DNA from: Candidatus Woesearchaeota archaeon
GTDB taxonomy: Archaea; Nanobdellota; Nanobdellia; Pacearchaeales; GW2011-AR1
Assembly: GCA_964545215.1 (NCBI GenBank)
Contig: CAZJEV010000001.1
Span: forward strand, 1-39,940
Direction of reading: 5' to 3'
DNA length: 39,940 nt
The notes beneath the pieces were generated by a model. The model saw only the letters and a program-made list of their open reading frames with translations, made no database searches and was not told the origin of the DNA. The translations under genes were made by a program, and so were the position numbers. Below, piece after piece: positions 8,489-16,959 of the stretch. Positions within the stretch are counted from its first letter, which is position 1. Each line of letters begins with the position of its first letter.

Positions 8489-9769
8489 ATGGCTAAGCAA
8501 AAACCCGTTATTAATATTGTGTTTGTCGGGCATGTAGACCACGGAAAATCTACAACTATAGGAAGACTTATGTTTGATTCTGGAAAAGTATCTCCTGAAG
8601 AGCTTGACAAATTGAAGGCTGAAGCGCAAAAACATGGAAAGGCAGGATTTGAATTCGCTTTTGTCATGGATAAATTCAAGGAAGAAAGAGAAAGAGGAGT
8701 TACAATTGACTTAGCTTATCAGAAAATTATTACAAATAAATATGAAGTTACAATAATTGATGCGCCCGGGCATAAAGACTTTGTAAAGAATATGATTACT
8801 GGAGCATCACAAGCAGACGCTGCTTTCTTAACGGTTTCTGCAAAAGACGGAGTTCAGCCGCAGACAAAAGAGCATGTCTGGCTTTTAAGAACAATGGGTG
8901 TAAGCCAAGTAGCAGTAATTTTGAATAAAATGGATGCAGTTGATTATAAAGAAGATGTTTTCAACAAAGTAAAAGTAGATGTTTCTGCAGTTTTGAAAAT
9001 GGCGGGATACAAACCAGAAGCAATGACATTTCTTGCTGTATCAGGATTTAAAGGAGATAATGTTGTAAAGAAATCAACAAATATGCCTTGGTATAAGGGG
9101 CCTACTGTCTTAGAGCAGTTGGACTTATTCAAAGAGCCTGAAAAGCCAATTAATCTACCATTAAGAATGCCTTTGCAGGATGTTTATGAAATTACTGGAA
9201 TTGGAACTGTCCCTGTTGGTAAAATAGAGACTGGAATTATGAAGGTAGGACAAAAAGTTTTAATTCTTCCTGGAAGGTCTGGAAAAGGAATTCAGGGAGA
9301 AATAAGAAGTGTTGAAATGCATCATGAGCAATTGCAGCAGGCAGAAGCAGGAGATAATATTGGCGTTAACATAAGAGGAGTTGGAAAAAAAGACATTGCT
9401 AGAGGAGATGTTATATGCGATGCTGCAAAGCCGGCGACAATTGCAGAAGAATTCACTGCTCAAGTTGCGGTAATTTCACACCCAACAGTTATTGCTAAAG
9501 GATATACTCCTGTTTTCCATGTTCATACAGCGCAAGTTCCTTGTCAATTTATTGAATTAATTGAAAAAACATCTCCGGATGGACAGACTGCCAAAAATCC
9601 AGATTTTTTGAAGAATGGAGATGTTGCAAAAGTAAAAATCAAACCAATAGGAAATCTTGTTTTAGAAACACAGGCAACAAATCCTCACATGGCCCGTTTC
9701 GCCATAAGAGACGCCGGAGCAACTGTTGCTGCAGGAGTCTGCATTGAATTAAAGGCCAAGAAGATTTAA
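8489..9769 (+). CDS. tuf: Translation elongation factor aEF-1alpha
   Basis: 426 aa with [21 protein letters not shown] and a full-length EF-Tu/EF-1A pattern. Confidence 0.97.
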   Translation: MAKQKPVINIVFVGHVDHGKSTTIGRLMFDSGKVSPEELDKLKAEAQKHGKAGFEFAFVMDKFKEERERGVTIDLAYQKIITNKYEVTIIDAPGHKDFVKNMITGASQADAAFLTVSAKDGVQPQTKEHVWLLRTMGVSQVAVILNKMDAVDYKEDVFNKVKVDVSAVLKMAGYKPEAMTFLAVSGFKGDNVVKKSTNMPWYKGPTVLEQLDLFKEPEKPINLPLRMPLQDVYEITGIGTVPVGKIETGIMKVGQKVLILPGRSGKGIQGEIRSVEMHHEQLQQAEAGDNIGVNIRGVGKKDIARGDVICDAAKPATIAEEFTAQVAVISHPTVIAKGYTPVFHVHTAQVPCQFIELIEKTSPDGQTAKNPDFLKNGDVAKVKIKPIGNLVLETQATNPHMARFAIRDAGATVAAGVCIELKAKKI

Positions 9770-9813
9770 TCAAATTAAATCTTCTTATATTAATCATATT
9801 ATTTTTGATTCTG

Positions 9814-9909
9814 TTATAGATAATTCCCTTGATTGGGATAAGGTTTTTGGAATTATCTATCACGATAATTCTGGACAAATACTTATTCCAATTATCAGAA
9901 TTATCGATA
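9814..9909 (+). repeat. 95/96-nt double-hairpin repeat, copy A
   Basis: Near-identical to 32931-33025. It has two perfect 11-bp stems: TAGATAATTCC (9817-9827) with GGAATTATCTA (9849-9859), and CGATAATTCTG (9863-9873) with CAGAATTATCG (9896-9906). The termini are inverted repeats of each other (11/12). Confidence 0.9.
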
Positions 9910-10101
9910 ACTTAAAAGATGATTAATTAGACATTTATTGTTTTTCTCGCGCTCTTCTGCCTGAGTTGGGTGAAGTAGTTTCTCAAACTGCGTTAACTGT
10001 CGTTATATTACCAGTCGGCTTAACAAAACCTTATTTTTTATTCTATTACAAATCATCATGCAAAACTTTATTTATTCTTTATTTGATTATATAATATACA
10101 G

Positions 10102-10443
10102 TTGAAAGAATTAGGAAAAGAATTTGCAAAGCCCTTGATTCCAGGATATGCTGGAATAAGTGCGTATAAATTTAACAAGGAATTTTTAATAAATAAAACC
10201 TATAATGGAAAATATTTTAATTGTTTAATTGAATTTTCATCTCTCGGAAATGGAGTTGGACTTGAAGTTCTAACTCTTGGCTTATTTGCAAGCTCGTTAT
10301 TGAGTCCCTCTAATGATTTATCGCTTAAGATAGAAATTGGAGCAATTTCATTATTGTCCAGAGAGATTATTTATCATGGATGTAATATTTTAAGAGAAAG
10401 GATTGAAAAGAAGAAAGAAACATCAGCGGAATCAAATATGTGA
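10102..10443 (+). CDS. Hypothetical 113-aa protein (TTG start only)
   Basis: ORF only, with no ATG start and no motif. Confidence 0.25.
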   Translation: MKELGKEFAKPLIPGYAGISAYKFNKEFLINKTYNGKYFNCLIEFSSLGNGVGLEVLTLGLFASSLLSPSNDLSLKIEIGAISLLSREIIYHGCNILRERIEKKKETSAESNM

Positions 10444-10487
10444 AATTTTAAACAAACATTTTTAAAGTCGCTGATTTATAAAAAGTA

Positions 10488-10685
10488 ATGACTAAGCTTG
10501 ACAAAAGAACCAAATCAGAACAAAAACTTAATAATTTTCTGTCAATGTGCTTCATTAATCCTGATAGAGACATGATGGCTATGGTTGAAAATATCACAAC
10601 TTCAGTTAAAATTAATTATCAGATAAGAAAAATATTTTATAGTACGAATGAGCGAGGTAGGAATCATTATCCTGATGATGAATAA
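10488..10685 (+). CDS. Hypothetical 65-aa protein
   Basis: ORF with TTTTTAAA 29 nt upstream of the ATG. Confidence 0.35.
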   Translation: MTKLDKRTKSEQKLNNFLSMCFINPDRDMMAMVENITTSVKINYQIRKIFYSTNERGRNHYPDDE

Positions 10686-10716
10686 TGCTTATAAACTTTA
10701 AAGATTAAAATAAAAT

Positions 10717-11277
10717 ATGAATTTAAAAGAGGATGCTTTGAATAGAAGAGAAATAGAGGCAAAGATTGCCAATGTCGGAGATTATGTTAAGATGGATTAT
10801 CTGCAGGCTTGCTTAAAAAGGCAGATAGATTTTGACACAAAAAAATTTGTTCTTACTAAATTATCGGACATCTATGAAGAAAGAAGGATGTATCTTGAAG
10901 CTGGGAAGTTGATAAGGATTGCAGCCGATATTAATACAACTTATGAGGGAAAAATGAATGATTTTCTGAAATCTGCGATATTATTAATAAAAGCTGGCAA
11001 TTTTGATGAGGCAGATGTCAGTGTTGCAAAAGCAGTTGCAGTTGCAAATGAAAGGCAGAAAGTAGTAATCAAAATAAGAATTAAGGATGCCTATATCTCG
11101 CAGGCGCAGGAGTTCCTGAAAAAAGATAAAAGAAAGCGGGCTATGGAGACTTATGAAAAATTATTGACTTTGGATTTAATGCCTGATGAGAAAAAAGATG
11201 CCAGGCAGGCTTTAATTGACCTTTATCAAAAACTTGGCAAAGTCAAGGAATATTATACTTTGCAGGAAAGTTTGTAA
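10717..11277 (+). CDS. Hypothetical helical-repeat (TPR-like) protein
   Basis: 186 aa, apparently all-helical with Ala/Leu/Lys repeats. CTTATAAA lies 29 nt upstream. Confidence 0.5.
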   Translation: MNLKEDALNRREIEAKIANVGDYVKMDYLQACLKRQIDFDTKKFVLTKLSDIYEERRMYLEAGKLIRIAADINTTYEGKMNDFLKSAILLIKAGNFDEADVSVAKAVAVANERQKVVIKIRIKDAYISQAQEFLKKDKRKRAMETYEKLLTLDLMPDEKKDARQALIDLYQKLGKVKEYYTLQESL

Positions 11278-11617
11278 TTTTTTATGCCATTAATTATTAA
11301 ATGTCAAGATTTCCTGAATTTATTTCTGCCTTGCTTTGCATGTATTAAACAATAAAAAATAAAGTTATTCTTGGGCTTCTAATCCGTCAAATATTGACTC
11401 GTCAAATTCTTCAGATGCATCCAACTCTGGAGCTGCTTCCTCACTCTTTTTCACCTCTTTTACCTTCATTTTAAGCTTTTTTTAACTTTTTCTTTGCAAA
11501 CCTTGAGGCTTTATAAATTTTATCACCTGGGTTTTAGAAAAAAATAAGCGATAAAAAGATTTAAATAAAACAATGTTTTTAATTTTAATATCACCAATTT
11601 TTTAGATTAATTAAAGG

Positions 11618-12499
11618 ATGAAGAAAAATAAAAAAATAATGAAGAATCTTACTTATGGAATAATTATCTCCGGATTGATAGCCGGAGCTTCTTATCTTAA
11701 CAGAAATGAGCAGATAAAAGAGAATGACGAAGTGAAAACAGTCCAGGCAAGAAATCAAAAAGAAAAAGAAAAATCCTGGGTTAGCCTGGAAGAAGCAAGG
11801 AAAAATCCTGAAAAAAGGCAGGCATATTTGAATTGGCTTTTGAGAACAAACCAAATTCCTTATTGCTCTGGAGTTATTTATGACCATGACGGCTCAAAGA
11901 TAGTTGAATATGTAAAGGCAGAAGTTCAATTAATAGAAAAAAATCCTAAACTTGAAGAAATAATGCACCCATACGAAAATGCATTTAAAGGCGGCAACTA
12001 TGACGCTAAAACGCCTGAAATTTTAGAGCTAAGCGGATTAAATAAGAAATCAAAAATATTTATTGGGAGAAAAATGTTTGAAGAATTTGGGTATTTAACA
12101 GAGGAGGATATTAAGCATATTATAGTTGCGCACGAAGGCAGACATACTGAACAGCATGCGAAAGGGCTTGAATATATATCTAAAGATAGACTTCTGGAGG
12201 CTGTTCATAACAATTTAATTGATAATAAAGTATTATATTCTATCTTTGAATATGATGCTATTGGATATGGATTAAGAAGAATATTGTCCATGGAGTTTCC
12301 AGTAAGCGGATTTTATTCAAATATGGTTAAGAGCGACTTTATTAATAATGGTTTCTTCCTGACAAAAAGCAGCATAAATGGCAGTGAGTTCCAAAGAGAA
12401 CTTATTGTTGAAATTCATCAAAGAATTGGCAAAGAAGAGCTAAGAGATGTTTCAGTAGATCCTGGATTTTTTGAGCAAAAAAAACAAAGATTTAAATAG
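11618..12499 (+). CDS. Membrane-anchored HExxH protein (putative zinc metallopeptidase)
   Basis: N-terminal TM segment (LTYGIIISGLIAGASYL) and HEGRH at 12131-12145. The alternative start ATG 11639 also has a TATA-like box 29 nt upstream. Confidence 0.55.
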   Translation: MKKNKKIMKNLTYGIIISGLIAGASYLNRNEQIKENDEVKTVQARNQKEKEKSWVSLEEARKNPEKRQAYLNWLLRTNQIPYCSGVIYDHDGSKIVEYVKAEVQLIEKNPKLEEIMHPYENAFKGGNYDAKTPEILELSGLNKKSKIFIGRKMFEEFGYLTEEDIKHIIVAHEGRHTEQHAKGLEYISKDRLLEAVHNNLIDNKVLYSIFEYDAIGYGLRRILSMEFPVSGFYSNMVKSDFINNGFFLTKSSINGSEFQRELIVEIHQRIGKEELRDVSVDPGFFEQKKQRFK

Positions 12500-12663
12500 C
12501 TGATTTAATAAACACATTATAGAAGGAAGTAAATGGATTAAATTTACCTTTCATATTCACGTCTATTGGGACATTTCGCAGGAAAAATTAAAACTAACTT
12601 CTTTCTAAATAAGATTGTAAAGCTTGTTAAGTAAATGAGCAAATAGCTCATAATGGAGAAAAA

Positions 12664-13806
12664 ATGGCAAAAATAAGCCCTGTGTCAATTAAATATATGA
12701 TTTATGCGTCATTCAGGTCTGAAGGACCTTTGGAAAAGCCAGATGTAATCGGAGCCATCTTCGGGCAGACAGAAGGCCTGCTTGGAGCTGAATTAGAAAT
12801 GAGAGAATTGCAAAAAGAGGGTAAAATTGGCAGGATTGAAGTTGAGCTGCAGACAGTAGACGGAAAAAGCATTGGCGAGATAAAAGTGCCAACCGCCTTA
12901 GATAAATCGGAAACTACTATTATTGCGGCGGCTCTTGAAACTATAGATAGAATAGGCCCAACTGAAGCATCTATTCAAGTTACTAAAATAGATGATGTAC
13001 GAGGAAGTAAAAGAGATTTTATAATTGGAAGAGCTAAAAAATTACTTGAGGGCCTTGATTCAGGAGGAGATTTCGGAGAGATAAGCAAAACATTAAAAGA
13101 AGAAGCAAGAGCTGCAAAAATACAAGAGTATGGGGAAGAAAAGCTTCCTGCAGGAGACTTATCAGAAAATGAGATAATAGTTGTTGAAGGCAGGGCAGAT
13201 GTTGTCAATCTTTTAAAAAATAGGGTAAATAATGTTATAGGAATGAACGGGACAAAGCTTCCTGCGGAAATTGCCCGCTTGGGAGAAAAGAAAGAGCTTA
13301 CTTTATTTATTGATGGCGACAGAGGAGGAAAATTAATTGCTAAAAATGTCATAAACAATGCTAAAATTGCTTATGTTGCAATAGCCCCGGATGGAAAAGA
13401 AGTTGAGGAATTAACAGGAAAGGAAATCCTTATTGCTTTAAGGAAAAAAATTACTCCGCAAGAATTTTACAGGAATTTGGGAAGAAATGGAAATATCCGG
13501 GAAGAAACTGAAGAAGAGGATTTTGCAGGGGATATTAAAGAAGCCTTAAGAAATGCATATGAAAAAATCCGAGATTCTAAACAGGCCCTGCTTCTTGACA
13601 GCAAAATGGATGTAATAAGAAGAGTTCCCAATAGGGAAGTTTCAAGGGCAATTCCCTCATCAAGAAAAAAGGTCTTTGCAGTTGTTGTTGATGGCTCGGC
13701 TGTTGGAGCTATAATAAAATCATGCGATGAATCAGGCGTCAGACATCTTGCAGCTACTAATTTTTCAAACGTTGAAAATGCAAAAGTAAATTTAGTTAGT
13801 TTATAA
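12664..13806 (+). CDS. dnaG: Archaeal DnaG-type primase (Toprim)
   Basis: The N-terminus has the archaeal DnaG pattern (IKYMIYASF..KPDVIGAIFGQTEGLLG). Toprim motifs IVVEGRADV and FIDGDRGG are present. A GGAG lies upstream. Confidence 0.93.
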   Translation: MAKISPVSIKYMIYASFRSEGPLEKPDVIGAIFGQTEGLLGAELEMRELQKEGKIGRIEVELQTVDGKSIGEIKVPTALDKSETTIIAAALETIDRIGPTEASIQVTKIDDVRGSKRDFIIGRAKKLLEGLDSGGDFGEISKTLKEEARAAKIQEYGEEKLPAGDLSENEIIVVEGRADVVNLLKNRVNNVIGMNGTKLPAEIARLGEKKELTLFIDGDRGGKLIAKNVINNAKIAYVAIAPDGKEVEELTGKEILIALRKKITPQEFYRNLGRNGNIREETEEEDFAGDIKEALRNAYEKIRDSKQALLLDSKMDVIRRVPNREVSRAIPSSRKKVFAVVVDGSAVGAIIKSCDESGVRHLAATNFSNVENAKVNLVSL

Positions 13807-13843
13807 TGGAAGTAGAAAGGATATATTTTGTAAATACTTATAA

Positions 13844-14857
13844 TTAGTCCATATCATTTTTAGAAAGAAAACGCTGAACGTTAGGAAATTTACCAATTAT
13901 ATCCATCTTACCCTTAATATCTGATTGATATCTGGATTTTGGATTTTCATTAATAAATTTACATGCTCCTTTATAGAACTCTAAATCTGCATTATCAGAA
14001 CGGTCAAGCCCTTGTATAGAGGGGCATACACATTGAAGATATTTTCTCTCTAATTGCAGATAATCCATAAAATTTCTCGCAACTATTCCGTATTTTTCAG
14101 CTAGTTTTAACTTTTTAACAATTGGAGAATCATCTCTAAGATTTGGCTCCAACTCAACCAGACTATTTGGGCTTGTTTCAGCTTCAGCGCACAACTCTGC
14201 AATATCTTCTCTAAAATTAGTTTTAGCATAATCGCTAACAAACCCAGAAAGGCCGCCTTCTTCTTTTGTAAAAGATGTTTTTAATGCTTCAAAATCTGAT
14301 ATTTTGTGCAAAAATCCACCAAAATAAGAGAGATACATGCTCTTACCAGTATTATCAGTTCCAAGACTAAGCCATTCAGATTTTAATCCTGGATATTTTC
14401 TTAATATCTTTTCAGTGAGAGAATGTTTTATCTCATGATTCACTATTTTTGATTCAATACCCCCAGATTTTAGAGTGATAGAATCAGCTATAGGATTGTA
14501 ATAAGCTCCACCCTTCATAACTGAAAGTAGCTGCTGCAGAAAAGTTCTCTTAAGAAATCTCTTAGGCTGGATATTAACACTCCTTATATGAAAAGGGCGA
14601 GTATCCTGATTTTTCCTTAAAGCTTCCGAAATAACCGGCAAGTTATTTGGATTTTCTTCAACATCTTCTTTTAATCCATAAATAGGAAAACCAAATTGGT
14701 CCTTAAACTCCTGCCTATATAATGAGCTTTCTTTAAAATAGCCTTGACTAACAAGTGCATCCACTTGAGTCAAAAGATAAGTTCCAAGCAAACCAGCACC
14801 AGCTATATTGGTTATTCTTTTGAGCAATTTCTTAGTTTTTTCTTTTATTTTAAGCAT
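13844..14857 (-). CDS. Membrane-anchored HExxH protein, MtfA/zincin-like
   Basis: N-terminal TM segment, HEIKH, and downstream SDYAKTNFREDIAE resembling the Y-x-x-T-N-x-x-E-x-x-A-E third-ligand region of MtfA-like zincins. Confidence 0.55.
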   Translation of the reverse strand: MLKIKEKTKKLLKRITNIAGAGLLGTYLLTQVDALVSQGYFKESSLYRQEFKDQFGFPIYGLKEDVEENPNNLPVISEALRKNQDTRPFHIRSVNIQPKRFLKRTFLQQLLSVMKGGAYYNPIADSITLKSGGIESKIVNHEIKHSLTEKILRKYPGLKSEWLSLGTDNTGKSMYLSYFGGFLHKISDFEALKTSFTKEEGGLSGFVSDYAKTNFREDIAELCAEAETSPNSLVELEPNLRDDSPIVKKLKLAEKYGIVARNFMDYLQLERKYLQCVCPSIQGLDRSDNADLEFYKGACKFINENPKSRYQSDIKGKMDIIGKFPNVQRFLSKNDMD

Positions 14858-14878
14858 GATTTATAATAGACCTTTGTA

Positions 14879-14886
14879 TATTTAAA
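14879..14886 (-). promoter_or_regulatory. TATA-like octamer, 29 nt upstream of ATG 14857 (minus)
   Basis: The minus-sense sequence reads GATTTAAATATAC. Confidence 0.45.
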
Positions 14887-15099
14887 TCTTTCGGTTGTTT
14901 ACTACTATAAAGATACAACACATAACAGGCTCCTGCCCGTAAGTATAAAGCATAGACGATAAGATATTTTTCTCCTATTTTTATCGTCGAGCTAAAAATA
15001 TTAATTATCCGTAGTTTTATATATTTTCGAGAATCTAATAAAACAGGCATAAAAATTACCGACGAGAAAATTATTGCCTTATTCCATAGGACGTATCTT

Positions 15100-16104
15100 T
15101 CAATATAGTCCACGACGAGCTTTATACTTACGCCTGCCCAATAATTCATCCAAATACAGCAAGCATTCTTCTCCGTTATCTCTTTTTCTTATTTCAGCTT
15201 TTACTGCTTCCAATCCCCTTTCTATTAATTGCTTAGTTTCTTCTTGCGAGGTGTTAAATAATCTTGATATATAATAAACTGATTGCGGTTTTTTAGACCT
15301 AACTTTTATTCCCTTATCTTCTATTCCTATTCTTCTTAATAAAATCTCTTTTATTTTCCAGGAATCATACAATTCCTTTGAGCTAATTTCTATTGCACCT
15401 TTTAGTTCTCCTCTTAGTTGGCTTTCCTTTATGTATTTTTCACTTTCCGGTATATGCCTTTCTTCATGTAAATATTTTAAACACTCAGCTTTATCCATTT
15501 TTATTAAATTCCCTCTTAACATTTCCAAAGCTCTAGATTCTATTTCTCTTGCTGCTTGCCTAGTTAAGCCTATTGTCTTGCCAATTTCTGCATAAGTTTT
15601 AGGTTCTCCTTCAAAGTATCTTGATTTCAAGACTCTTTGATAACGTTCTGGGAGGGTTGCCAAAGCTTCATAAAGAATCTTTAATTTTTCATCTAAAAGC
15701 TCTTTTTTTACAATGTCTTCACTCGGGCTGCTATCTGTTAATAATCTCTGCTCAAGATTTGAAGAAAGAGCAATTAGCTTTTCTTCTGGAATTACTGCTT
15801 CATGGACAAACTTTCCTCTGGGTTTAAACTGCTTTAGACTTTCTGGAAATGCGTCTTCCTCATAAATAAATGAACCTTTATCCCGATAAAAGTCACATAT
15901 TTTTTTCTGCATTTTGGGAGGAGGGTATCTTTTCATGCTTTCGTATTCTAATAGAGTTTGGTATCCTAAGCCAATCTGCATTGCAGCTTCTGTTGCTGAA
16001 AGGCCCAATTTCTCCCTTACTCTGACTAAAAGAGCATTTTTTAATCTTGATTCTAATCTAATAGCAATTCCTTCCTGAGTTTTACAGTATTGAGTTTCCT
16101 GCAT
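15100..16104 (-). CDS. Multi-HTH regulator: N-terminal XRE-like HTH plus sigma-70 region-4-like domain
   Basis: LGLSATEAAMQIGLGYQTLLEYE is XRE-like. LPERYQRVLKSRYFEGEPKTYAEIGKTIGLTRQAAREIESRALEMLR (nt 15514-15669) has the sigma-70 region 4 pattern. No region 2 is seen. Confidence 0.7.
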   Translation of the reverse strand: MQETQYCKTQEGIAIRLESRLKNALLVRVREKLGLSATEAAMQIGLGYQTLLEYESMKRYPPPKMQKKICDFYRDKGSFIYEEDAFPESLKQFKPRGKFVHEAVIPEEKLIALSSNLEQRLLTDSSPSEDIVKKELLDEKLKILYEALATLPERYQRVLKSRYFEGEPKTYAEIGKTIGLTRQAAREIESRALEMLRGNLIKMDKAECLKYLHEERHIPESEKYIKESQLRGELKGAIEISSKELYDSWKIKEILLRRIGIEDKGIKVRSKKPQSVYYISRLFNTSQEETKQLIERGLEAVKAEIRKRDNGEECLLYLDELLGRRKYKARRGLY

Positions 16105-16160
16105 AAAAAATTTGGTAGGAATACATTATTAAAGCTTTCTAAATATGAATATCAGAAAAT

Positions 16161-16168
16161 CTTAAATA
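16161..16168 (+). promoter_or_regulatory. TATA-like octamer, 29 nt upstream of ATG 16190
   Basis: CTTAAATA in the divergent spacer shared with 15100-16104. Confidence 0.45.
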
Positions 16169-16189
16169 CAAGAACATCTATAGATTTAA

Positions 16190-16717
16190 ATGGATAACGC
16201 AGAAGCCTTATTAAAAAATTCTGAGTTGTATAGAGAGTTTTGTGCTGAAAGAGAGGAAATTCTTAAACATAAATGGCTTGAATCAGAAAAAGCAGGCTAT
16301 GATATTGGCTTTGAGAAAGCTCTTACTGATTGGATAGTTAAGTATAGGGCAAAATGGAGAAAGAATAGGATGCAATTAAAGGCCTTAGAAGATATTAGAA
16401 AGGATGGCCTTCAGATTTTAATTTTTGATAATCTTATTGAATTTAACAGAAATAATCCTTTATCTCATGAAAATTATAGGCAAAGAATAGGCCTTGAAGC
16501 AATTTCAGGAGTATACGTTGTTGAGCAAAATAAATTAAAAAGGATGGAAGGAGAATCTTCTTCAGAAGTAATTGCGGGTGTATTTGCTGATGAATATAAA
16601 GATGGACAGCAAAATTACAGACTGCACTTAGATAAAGGCATGGAATTAAAAGTAAGGCTTAGTGAAAATTGCCTTGAGATAATTGAGCCTGACAATGCGC
16701 ATCAGTTTGCTGCATAA
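16190..16717 (+). CDS. Hypothetical 175-aa protein
   Basis: The N-terminal segment ILKHKWLESEKAGYDIGFEKALTDWIVKY looks like a conserved module, but I cannot name the family. Confidence 0.55.
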   Translation: MDNAEALLKNSELYREFCAEREEILKHKWLESEKAGYDIGFEKALTDWIVKYRAKWRKNRMQLKALEDIRKDGLQILIFDNLIEFNRNNPLSHENYRQRIGLEAISGVYVVEQNKLKRMEGESSSEVIAGVFADEYKDGQQNYRLHLDKGMELKVRLSENCLEIIEPDNAHQFAA

Positions 16718-16740
16718 ATTTTTAGTTGTGAAACGCGCTT

Positions 16741-16764
16741 AATGTCAAGAACCATACATTAAAC
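16741..16764 (+). repeat. Third copy of the TCAAGAACCATAC motif seen upstream of tuf
   Basis: AATGTCAAGAACCATACATTAAAC matches the reverse complement of 8165-8188 at 22 of 24 positions, with an 18-nt exact core. Confidence 0.6.
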
Positions 16765-16930
16765 AGGCTGTCTCACAATCCAAATGATTCCTAGAACAAT
16801 TAATTCAAAAAATAAATTCTTATTATTTTTAGATATTTTACCTCGCATAATCCAAATCTTCTTCAGATTATGAGCTATAGAATGGTATCATATGTCTATG
16901 TCCTACACTATAATTTACAGAGCAATGATC

Positions 16931-16938
16931 TTTATATA
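16931..16938 (+). promoter_or_regulatory. TATA-like octamer, 29 nt upstream of ATG 16960
   Basis: TTTATATA. It supports 16960 (signal-peptide Met) rather than 16870 as the start. Confidence 0.45.
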
Positions 16939-16959
16939 GACTTTTTTCATGTCCTACAA

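Noticed and set aside
10016-10028. A 13-nt exact inverted match (CGGCTTAACAAAA) with 38877-38889, with weaker flanking similarity.
   Set aside because: Exact 13-mers are expected by chance many times when 40 kb of AT-rich sequence is compared on both strands. The flanking similarity (about 14/21) is not convincing.
11365-11469. A 34-aa acidic minus-strand ORF (MKVKEVKKSEEAAPELDASEEFDESIFDGLEAQE), reminiscent of the acidic tail of ribosomal stalk proteins.
   Set aside because: It is too short, has no upstream stalk-protein body and no promoter-like box at the usual spacing, so it cannot be supported from sequence alone.
14850-15274. ORFs 14850-15149 (-) and 15074-15274 (+) in and around the 240-nt spacer between two minus-strand genes.
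   Set aside because: They are hydrophobic and low-complexity, overlap the 3' end of the sigma-r4-like gene or the promoter of 13844-14857, and have no motif. The spacer does contain an 8-bp inverted repeat (GACGATAA/TTATCGTC), but that alone is not significant.
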